64,000 bases of DNA from Podarcis melisellensis (Eukaryota). Shown here one piece after another: positions 53,994 through 64,000 of the stretch. The translations under genes were made by a program, and so were the position numbers. The DNA lies in assembly GCA_964234715.1 (NCBI GenBank), contig OZ174283.1, one strand, 5' to 3'. The notes beneath the pieces were generated by a model. That model searched no databases. It had not been told where the DNA came from and saw only the letters and a list, made by a program, of their open reading frames with translations. The number at the start of each line of letters is the position of its first letter. Within the stretch, counting starts at the first letter, position 1.

Positions 53994-56510
53994 TTTAAAA
54001 GCAGCTTAGAACTAAGAGTTATAACAAACTAACACTCAATCCCTTCCATCACCTACACAAGGCAAAACCTTTGCAATAACCATTTAGCTAAAACTTTGGC
54101 CACAATGCTTAAATCACAAGACAATCAAAAACTGTCAGCAACATATATATTGGGATCACCAGGTCAAGGGATAATAAAAAATCGCACAGGTACATAGAGG
54201 ACTGTAAAGACATTAACAGCACCTGCTGTTATGGCAAATCAACTTTTATGTTTTAATCTGGACCACAGTGTGCGGATGTATTTTGATCAATTTGTTCATA
54301 TCAAAAGTTTCCTATTCAACTCTATTCCTACCAAGCAAATGCTGGTCTGATATCTGAGCAGGTCACCCACAAACATACCACAGGCAGCAGGAGCTCCAGG
54401 TTTTTCCAGTGATGCACAAATTGTATAAAGCCCAAAGAGACCAATGGCCACACAAATTCTCTACCATATATATTTAAATCCATACTATAAGGCATATAGT
54501 CCAACTATTTAACCCCTTTTTTTCAACAGATATTGTGCTGGCTTCACGGTTGTCTTTTATCTCAAGGCTTAGTCCAAGAGTAGTACTCCACATCAAGCTG
54601 CTCTTGAAAAGAAAGGGGGATTGCAGGCCTTAAGTACCAACAAATGATAAGGATAGAAGTTGGAAGGTGTGAGAGACAGGAAGACACCAGGACAGAAATG
54701 GAAGATATGTACTGCACACCTAAGGGCCATAAAGCAAGTTGCTTAGGATCTCTCTCTGGGAGCAGAGAGGAAAGTTCTTGGACTAAATTAAGGACTAAAA
54801 AGAAAAGGGAACAACATTCCTTGATTGTTTAAGAGAAGTGTGTTACTTTGTATCTTGTAACAGTTGTTTGGAACTATTTTAGGAATGTTTCCAGTAAAGC
54901 TGAAATTCATTCTTGTGGTGGAGTGCTTATTCATTTCTATTCTGCACAAGGTCCAGATCATGGATTCTGTTGCAACAACATACTAGCCATGATGATTATG
55001 ATTTGCTTCCACAGTCAGAGGAGGTAATGTTGCTGAATACTGGTTGCTGGAAACCACTGGGGAGGAGAGGGGTGTTCTTGTGCTCAGGTCCTGTTGGCAG
55101 GTTTCCTACGGGCATCTAGTTGGCCACTGTGAGAACAAGATGCTGCACAAGATGTTCCTTTGATCTGAACCAGCGGACTCTTCTGATTGCCCTGAAGAAC
55201 TTATGTTTGCAATCCTAAAAAGCATTTACTTGCAAGTTCCATTCAATCAATAGGATTCACCTTATGGCTAAACTGCTAGTTATAAACTCTTGCTCCAACC
55301 ATCTTGAATTACAATCTTGAGAGCAACCGCCCCTAAAATGGTCCCAAGGAAACATGCATAGGAGTAGGGTGCATGGCATGCCTAATTTTCTCAGATGTGT
55401 ACCTGCTTGAAGAGGCTTGCATTTTCTGGAAACTCATATGAACAGCTGTTAGGGATGGTACAATCTGATGCACTTTTGCAGCTGTGTTCAAGTCTATTAA
55501 AATTTAATTTTCATGGCCTTTGAAGCTTGGAGGCTTGAAAGGGAGGCACAGGGAAACACACAAAACAAAGACTGGGAAAGGACAACATGAGATGTTTCAT
55601 GCAAATAAAACCTCTGTGCACTGCAAACAGGCAATTATTTGCCTGGACTTTCATCAGATACCTTTGCTAGAGAGGTAGCTCCCTTCTCTGCTACAGATGG
55701 AGCGGGAGCAGATAATACACAAGAAGTTCCAGACAGCATTTCCTCCCCTTTCTGTTACCTCTCTCCTTGCATATACCTCAGGCAGAATGTAGCGGACATT
55801 TCTCTCTTGTACCATGAACAAAGGCAGTACAATTACCAAAGGATTTGCCTGCTTTACACCAAAGGTGAATCCGTATAAGGTTTTTGATTATAACATTTGT
55901 AGAGTTATAACGCATAGGCACAATTACAAGCTAGATACCTAACTTGTAGACATGTGGCAGAATTCTGCGATTCACCCTCCACGTTTCTGGGCTCCCAACT
56001 CTCCTCAGCCCCAGTGAACATCAATTATGGGAACTGTAGTTCAAAACATGTGCATAGCACCACATTTGCTACCTTTGAGCTATAGCATTCCATGGCTTGT
56101 GCCACCAAGCTTGATGTGTTTCAGAGCACAGAGATGCACCAAGCCACATTTTTCTTTGGCATGAGTCCAGGGACAGCTTTAACTCAAACTTCAGGAGTAC
56201 AGACCTTAAATATTTTAAGACACACAAAAATGCTTTTCTTGAGTCAAGATTCTCCAAGGGACCTTGTGTTTCCTCCTTTGCATTCAGCAGGTGGATTAGC
56301 TCACCTGTACAAATCTGGAGATCTACCCTATCAGCACATTTCTTCAACACTGTTTAGAAAAAATCTATAAACCCCTTAATAATAATAATAATAATACCTG
56401 TGGTATACATAAAATATACACACTCCCATCCTCAGGATATATATTGCAATCTGGACTGCAGAAGTAGATCTGCAGGAAAGGTGAATTGTTGAAAAGTAAT
56501 GTACCACAAC

Positions 56511-56753
56511 TCCTGCCAACCTAGCAGTTCAAAAGCACGTCAAAGTGCAAGTAGATAAATAGGTACTGCTCCAGCGGGAAGGTAAACAGCATTTCCGTGC
56601 GCTGCTCTGGTTCACCAGAAGCAGCTTAGTCATGCTGGCCACATGACCCGGAAGCTGTACGCCGGCTCCCTCGGCCAATAAAGCGAGATGAGCGCCGCAA
56701 CCCCAGAGTCGGCCATGACTGGACCTAATGGTCAGGGGTCCCTTTACCTTTAC
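56511..56753 (+). mobile_element. Sauria SINE, 5'-truncated
   Basis: Sauria body and tail; exact 14-bp TSD TAATGTACCACAAC at 56497-56510 and 56754-56767. Confidence 0.93.
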
Positions 56754-59504
56754 TAATGTACCACAACAGAAGTTGGGACACTCATTTTCCAATCCCACAA
56801 CCACCACCAGCAGCTTGAGGCAAATACTGCAGGTAAAATGAAAAAATAAAATAAAAATACTTTGCTTTCTTTATGTGCACATGAAATAGAAGATGCTGTT
56901 TGTGTGCAGCGTCGAGGCAAAAGATGCTCTTCTTGTCCCCAGGTTCGTTGCTTTTCAGGCTCAAGTGCACCTCTGCAGCTGATGACCAGAAAAGCAAAGC
57001 CTAGACTATTTGCTCATCTTAAGACCCATATCATATAATTGGCACATGCTGTCTATATGTTAAAGGCCACTGAGAACACAAAACACATTTCAGAAGTATA
57101 TTTATGGAGATATTAAGTCTGCAAATGAAGCATCTTGTCACAGCTGTGGGTAGATTCATTTTCAATGCACATTCATCTCTTGAGGACAGCACAAGTCTTT
57201 CAGATTCCTTCCAGGTGTGTTTGTTTTTTTCCAGCCAAATTGCATCTCAGTTGTTCCACAGTGGTCATGATACTTAACTACCCACCTTTTCCGGCTGGCC
57301 CTAAACAGGTTCAGAATCTAAGGTGTTACAGTATTATTATGCATACAGTCTCTCCAAGTGTCCTAAGCACATACCGTACTTAAAGTAGTGCGTATCCTTT
57401 CAGAGTCAAATAACTTCAATTAGCAATACACAGGCTCAATCCTGCATCTGCATGTAGCCTTATTCATTCTGCCTGTGGGCCTAACACTGGTGTCCATGTC
57501 AAAAGAAACCTCTTTACATCCTAGTTTAATAGAAGTTTCTTTTTTTAAAAAAAGAGAGAGAGAGAGAGAGCTACAAGTTAGAGTTGAGGCTACAATATTT
57601 TCTCAAAAGGCAGAATGGCATTCAATGACTTCTACCATTTTTTTAAAAAAGTGAGAAGAGACACTGAAGTCATGTAAACACAGTTTATTCTCCACAGTAC
57701 AAGGCCTGCTTTTGAAACATGAACATCATGTGGTGGTCCTCCACACACAAAACAGTTGGAAGTCTTACGCTAGGTGAATTAGACCTATCAAACAGGATCT
57801 CCAAACATTCAGGTATGAAGTCTCTCCATATGATTAAGAGATGCTTACAAACATTAGCACTGTCATGCACAAGTACTGTTAAGAGCCACAACAAAACCCC
57901 TAGAACTTTCTCTCAAAAGGGCTGAGTCCAAAGTTATGTCTCTTATCAAGAAAGCTGCAGTAAATCCTGTCTTTCCACATGGCTGAAAACCAGCCCGGAG
58001 AGTTGGGCTATCAAAGTCAACTATTGTAAAACATTTGACAGTCAGTCCCCATTATGGTGCAAACATCCATTGCCTCCTTCATATACTTCCATACTTTGAG
58101 ATCTCCTAACAAATGCTGTTTGTGACATTATTCATATTTAGACTTTAAAGCACATGAGTTTCAGGTTTCTAACAAGTCTGTGCAAAACACATACTATTCT
58201 TGTTTTCAATGTAACCAGATTCAAATCTTCATTTTTAGTATGTGCTCCCCCGCCCCCCCCCCGCCACCCTGAAAGAACTTTTACAGGCATTCCAACAACA
58301 GAGCTTCAAGCTGCAGCTTTGTTTACAGGTATTTAAAAATGCAGTTATAGCACTTATACTTGAGTAATAGTTGTAGCCAACAGATACTTCTCTTAGCTTT
58401 TAGAGAGACTGTAGCCCTTGAAATTCCAGGGTTTTAAACAATGATAACCTCCATCTCATGTTTTATTAGGCATAGTTGCTCTCAAATTAGCTTCCTCATC
58501 ATTACTTACCAATGCTATTAAGCTGCTGCAATGACTGCTACTTTCATCCCACTGTGGCTTGCAGTTGTTTTATCCAAATATTAAAGAGCAGAGTTGAAAA
58601 CTTGCATAATTCCTTTGCAGAATGGACAAGGTTCCACTTCTAATTCAATTTAACCAAAGCAACAGACCAGAAGAATGTACTGCTGTTGTTTGACATTCAT
58701 TTAGCACCAGCATGCTAGGTGCTGCATAAACATAAGTAGCAAGTCACTTTCCAAGAGAACTGTTGAAGAACAGTAATGTGATTCTACAATGGTTCAGAAA
58801 AGGGTTACAGACGGAAAATGCCTAGCAGATGAAGAGTGGAAGATACTTCTAGACATAGGAATGCGAGATAGCAGGCACTTGAACAGGAGGAACTAGGAGG
58901 AGGACTAAGAAGGTAAACAGGAGAGTTGGAGCCAGCTGCTCCCTGCGACTCTGCACAGTGGTTCTCTCTATTTCTGTGGTATAGCTCCCAATAACTTGGC
59001 AGATGTTTCCACCCAAAAGTGATACTGCCCCTCACCCCATCCAAAACTGAACCAGTTTTCTGGAGACTACAGGTGGATAATTACAGGTGGGAAACCATTA
59101 ATAGCCCAATCTGAGCAACTCACATGAAACCACTGGAATCAACCACATAAGAGATTTCTAAGTGTAAGGCTGAGGCTGGATATGACATAGAACCAATATA
59201 AACAATTACTGAGAATAGTATAAAATGGGAGAGATGGGGGAAGAGTTTGATTTACCTTTATATTCCACCCCCTCAGTCTACTGAACTACCTCCTATCAGT
59301 GTCTTAAAATACTAACTATGGTAATATACCCTTTTGCCTCCATTTTAACAGTGGATGCTAGAATTCCCCTTGGCCTTTCCTATTCAAGTGAAGTGTTTGT
59401 TTTATAGCACTAAATTAGGATCCCTCAAGAAGCCTGAAAATGCAGACAAAGGTAACAGGCTTTTAACACCATTAGTAACTTCCAATGCAGCATGTGAACA
59501 CTGG

Positions 59505-59850
59505 AAAATTACCACATTTGTTTATACCAGCCTTTGCCAAACAGATGTTTTGGATGACAACTCCCATCAACTCCAGGTAGCATGACCAATAGTCAGGAGT
59601 GGTGGGAATTGTAGTCCAAAGTGACCCAGTTGGTATGAAAAGTTGGACCACCCTGAGTTAATGATTACCCACAAGCCACAGAAGGGAACCTCTAACCACA
59701 GTAACTCAGTGACAGCAATACCAGCCAACATGGTGCTCTCCAATGCTGCTGGCACACATCTCCCATCATCTCTCAACACTGGCCATGCTGGCTGGAGCTG
59801 ATGGCAGCTATAATAGAAAACATCTGGAGAGTACCATGTTTGCGACCATT
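59505..59850. mobile_element. Two degraded palindromic hAT-like MITEs
   Basis: ACAACTCCCATCA / TGGGAATTGTAGT cores as in 3118-3253, at about 59505-59655 and 59720-59850. Confidence 0.55.
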
Positions 59851-61206
59851 GGCTTATACCACCTTTGTAAACCAACCATCAGTAACACTACCTGCAGTAA
59901 GGAGGATACTACTTTTCCTGGATTTCTGATCAGGTGTTGATACAAAGTAAAGTTCTCTTTCATCAGAGTGACATTTTAGACATTCGATACATACCATGCT
60001 AAGGTGCCACTTGGTGAATAATGACTTGCATTCACCCACTATTAAAACAGCTTTTATGAAATTATGAGTGCTGGGCCTCAAATCAAGAATGCATTTCTTT
60101 GTGGCGTTATTTACACAGCCACCTATTTCACAGAAACAGTTTAACTGAATAAGTGCAACTGGACAGCCGCTGGAACTTTTTAAGAAAATCAATGAAACCT
60201 TTAGCTTTCATAAAATACTCTTGAGAAACTAACCCCTAAAAAAAACCCTATTAGGTCAGTCTTGCTTATTTAACAGACAGCATACTAAATTAACTCAAAT
60301 TAGATGAGCTTGGCAAGTTCATGAGCAGCATTTATTCTTTTCACACATTCCCAAGGCATTGCTTCTCGTGTCTTATCTCCCCCTGCAGGTTTCTCGTTCC
60401 TATATTCCCAAAGGAATGATTTCAGGTTTTAGGCACAAGGAAAGGCTTCACACATGGGGAAATGAAACCCTTGTTAAACTCTCAGGTCAGCCCTTCAACC
60501 TCCTTCAAAATGCTAGTTCAAGTATTGTTTCCCAGGTACCTGGAAAGACCTGGAAGGTATCACAATAAAGGACCAAAATAAAAAAAAAAGGGAGCTCAAT
60601 CTTTTTTTATGCTAACCAATATAGGATTTCCCATGTTGCATAAATCCTAATCTTTTTAGAGGCATCAAGTTATAGTATAGTTGGAAGTAATTTATGGCAT
60701 CACCAAGATGAAACTAAATTGATTAAATCCCTCAATAACCACAGCCTCACACATTTTGTTTTGTTTTTGATACGCTTGTTTCTAGGCTTCCCCAAAAGTT
60801 CCAAGTCAGAAGTAGTTCACAACACCAGCAAGAAAACCTGTGTCTTTAAAATCAGGGCCTCTGGTGTCAATACAACCATGGAATCCGTTTCCTTTTTGTT
60901 ATATGAAAAAGAAAAAAACCTCTTCCACTTTATTCCCCTCCTCCTGCCCCTTCTAAAGCCTCTGTTTCCAATTACTATGCAATCTTTGGAAGATGCCAAC
61001 CTGGAATGTGTTTCCAAGTGTATCTTGTCTGGCAGCATCTGCTATAAATGGGTATTTTCCATACGGGCCATTGGAACAATTCATGCAGGGAGACAATACC
61101 ATGTGAGAGATAGGTTTTACCTGTTTTTATGGCGGGCTGTGTTTTTATCTGATCAGGAGATATGAAGGAAGCAGATACAGAGTGGGTGTTTTTTTGTTTG
61201 ATTTAC

Positions 61207-61685
61207 CTTTTAAATGCTTCAGCTGGGTTTCTCTCGCACTCCCCGGGCTGCAAGAGACTTTGAACAGCAGGATCTCTCAGTTTGTCCTCGAATCCCTGAA
61301 TCAGTCCACTGCGACAGATTTGGGCCACTAACCCTCTGATAAAGCCTCCCACACAGAGAGTGTCCGAGTCCTGAGCCCTGCAGAAGTGGAAAGCCAGGGC
61401 TTGGTGATGTAAACCCCTTTGCAGACTGGCAGGTGAGCTGGGCCACAGTAATTCAGTACAGAGGGCTGTTTTGCCACTACCCGGCCCTCCTACCAGCAAC
61501 ACACCCCAAGCAGCTCCCTTGCCAGGGACGACGCAAGTATTAGTCCCAGAGTTCAGCACAACGGATGGTTTGTTGGCAGTGCTGTTGCTGCAGCTCGTCT
61601 TTTCCTGCAGGCAGTGCTGAAGCTTGTGAAAAACCCACTCTCTACAATAAAACTGTTTCCCCTGCAGCAAGCTGGTCTGAGCCAT
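61207..61685 (-). CDS. ANKRD50: ANKRD50 first coding segment (exon 2): P-loop NTPase with Walker A GGPGSGKT
   Basis: ATG at 61685 in AAAATGG context; [22 protein letters not shown]...NPAEAFK; donor AAAAG|GTAAAT at 61207/61206. 479+230+3548 = 4257 nt = 1418 aa plus stop. Confidence 0.95.
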
Positions 61686-62474
61686 TTTACAGACTTTCTT
61701 CTCTGGGACAGGTCAGAAACGACAGCACATCTTTAAAAGTTGCACTCAAGGCAGGTCCTTAAATCCAAGTCGACAAGTGCGCAGCATGGAGCTTGGTCAC
61801 TGGGCAATGCAATCCGCGAAGCTTTCATCCCCTCACATAATGGTCAGTAGCATCTTTGCAAAGCCGAAGAGGTATCTTTCCATCCAAATGCTCTCCTGAT
61901 TAGCACATGGTGTATCGCCGATCATCCGATTTAGAAATAAAGCTACGTTTGATACCAAGGCTCAGCAATACTTCTCATATGGCTTAAAAGGTCATGCAAT
62001 GCCATGGCTACAGCTGCAGCTTATAGTGCTGCATTTCCCTCTAGTACAGATGATACATCTAAAAAAGCTGAGTTGCTGACATGCACGGTTCCTGCATGTT
62101 CTCTGTGCCTCTCTAGGTTTCCAGTCATTCCAAAATATGCAGCTTTTATAACCCCCTTCAAAACGCTGCCCACATCAAGATGCGACTCTTGTCAAAAAAA
62201 AAGGCTTCTTTTCTGTTCCGTGAATGTTTACTGAAAATGTATGGATCTGCCTTGTATATCGAGAAGTGGTTCACTGGAGTCTGTGCAAGCTTCTGTGGTC
62301 CAAGGAAGCCCTTCAAATTATGACGCACCGTGTCTCCAATGAGATGGAAACACTCAAACTTCTTGCGCAGAAGGAGACATTCAGCAAGTGCTTTCTTTGC
62401 AGTCTCATGGTCTACTCTCACACTCCAGGTGTCTCAACTGCAGATGTCAAAACACTCCCATTTCTGCCCCAGAC
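61686..62474 (-). promoter_or_regulatory. ANKRD50: ANKRD50 5'UTR part of exon 2, with many uORFs
   Basis: Acceptor with branch point GCTAAC...GCTTAATTTCAG|GTCT at 62475/62474; no TE apparent; about 20 ATGs upstream of the main start. Confidence 0.65.
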
Positions 62475-62829
62475 CTGAAATTAAGCACCACAAACACTTG
62501 TTAGCTGACATGCACCAGGGTATTCCACTCTTAAGTAAATCAACTGAAGCCAGTGGCTTATTAGGGCACAAAAATAAAAACGAACCTAAGAAATAATTCA
62601 TTTTATGCACACTACATCCTGCTTTTTTTAGCACCGGAGGAGCACAAAAACCCCAACAAAGCCCTACTAGCACTGCCTAGATTCACATTTGTGCCCTTTT
62701 TGTGCAAGATATGTGACCTTGAAGCCACAAAAGAGCCCCCTATCCCATTCTGAAAACTGATATTCATCCAAGGACCTTCCTATCTCCTTCTCCCCCCCCC
62801 CCAAAAAAAACTTGGTCATCTGAACCTCC

Positions 62830-64000
62830 CTTGTACCTGCTTCCTATTATGCCTACTGGTCCTGCCGCCCTCCAGCTTTTTCACAGCCGCCTTTGTTCAG
62901 GGCTCTGGAGCATCAGGAGCAAGACAGGAGCCACGTTTCCACTTACCCTCTTCTCTCTCTCTCTCTCCCCCCGCCCCCCTCCACCCCAAAAGTCCCCCGG
63001 CATTGTTGCTGGGCAGCGTGCTGCCGCTGTCATCGGCTCGGCTCCCCGCGGTTGGATCCAGCAGCCAGCGACGCGCTCGTTGCATTTGTCCTCGGCTTTG
63101 TCTCTCCCCCGACCCCCCCCCCCCCGGGCGTCCCGCACGGCTGGGCTTCCCGTTTCAGCCGATAGCCGAAAGAGAGGAGAAGATTCAGCAGGATGCAACG
63201 ATCCCTTTTCCTAGGGAAGCCTCCCCGGTTGCAGAGCCTTGAAGTCTTTAAGCTTAGGGGGAAAGAATGGGAAACAAGGAAAAGCGGACTCACTCGAGTC
63301 AGCGAGCGCTTGGCCCGCCTGTTCGCTTCCCAGATCCTCCGCTCCGGAGAGACACACGCCCTCCCTCCTCCGCCCACCCCACCGCAACGGAGGGGACACG
63401 CACGCAGCAGCGCCCCACGGCACAAAGATCCCCGCCCGCCACTCCGATCGCTTCAGCCCCCACCCTCCATCGCTGCACGGGAGTTGCATGCTCCGGGAGG
63501 AGGGCGTCCCGCCGCGGCCTCGCTTCTCTCCGCCCGCCGGTCAGGCTCCCAACTCGGATCGCACGCCTCCCTCTCCCCACCCCCACTCCCACGTTCGCGG
63601 GGTTCAGATTTCAAACACTCGCAGACCCAAAGAGAGAGAGTTCGGGCAATCCCCGCCCGGGTTTCCGACGACGCTGCGCGCTGGCCCCTTCTTCACCTTT
63701 GCCACTCATACAGCCTCTTCCACGAATCGGGAGGGGAAAGTTGGGGAGGGGGCAGGCAGGCAGACGTGCGCGCGCCCCGACCAAAACAAACAGAAACCCC
63801 GAGAGAGAGAGAGAGAGAGCGCTCCCACATTCCCAAAGCCGCACCAGCGCCTCGCACAAGTTCGGGGCGCTTGGCGATCGCAAGAAGGCAAGCAAGGATT
63901 TGTGGCGGATTGAGACGGGGACACCCCCCCTCCCATTCACACACACACACTCAAAACAAAGACCTTTGCACGGGGCGCGGCAAGCGTGCAGAGCAGACCC
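62830..64000. promoter_or_regulatory. ANKRD50: CpG island covering the ANKRD50 promoter, first exon(s) and intron 1
   Basis: Sharp rise in GC and CpG content. Minus-strand donors GAGG|GTAAGT (62947/62946) and CGA|GTGAGT (63294/63293). The TSS is not determinable and may lie beyond the window. Confidence 0.85.

Noticed and set aside
62831-63950. Long ORFs (up to 224 aa) in the CpG island
   Set aside because: Expected from stop-codon scarcity in GC-rich DNA; low-complexity Pro/Arg/Gly content.
1-64000. CRISPR arrays, tRNA or rRNA genes, prokaryotic-type operons
   Set aside because: Eukaryotic locus; no regularly spaced repeats, and the tRNA-like segments are SINE heads.

Overview
Vertebrate genomic DNA, most likely a lacertid lizard (Podarcis-type Sauria SINEs). 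The window holds the complete coding region of ANKRD50 on the minus strand: a CpG island at about 62.8-64 kb, exon 2 (62474-61207, with a 789-nt leader), exon 3 (41790-41561), a large exon 4 (28009-24459) and a 3'UTR-only exon 5 (23769 to about 20870). The spliced CDS is 4257 nt (1418 aa): an N-terminal P-loop/NACHT-like NTPase, ankyrin repeats, a Ser-rich tail and a C-terminal PDZ ligand ETPL. The rest is intronic or intergenic sequence with many transposon relics (L2, L1, RTE, CR1, Sauria SINEs, Tc1/mariner and hAT MITEs, a solo LTR, Penelope-like fragments). Most notable are a Penelope-derived minimal hammerhead ribozyme core in the sense strand of intron 3, about 20 upstream ATGs in the leader, an intron starting 3 nt after the stop codon, and two long TE-derived intronic hairpins. 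I found no convincing new multi-gene system. All family assignments are by eye from remembered consensus features, not from database searches.
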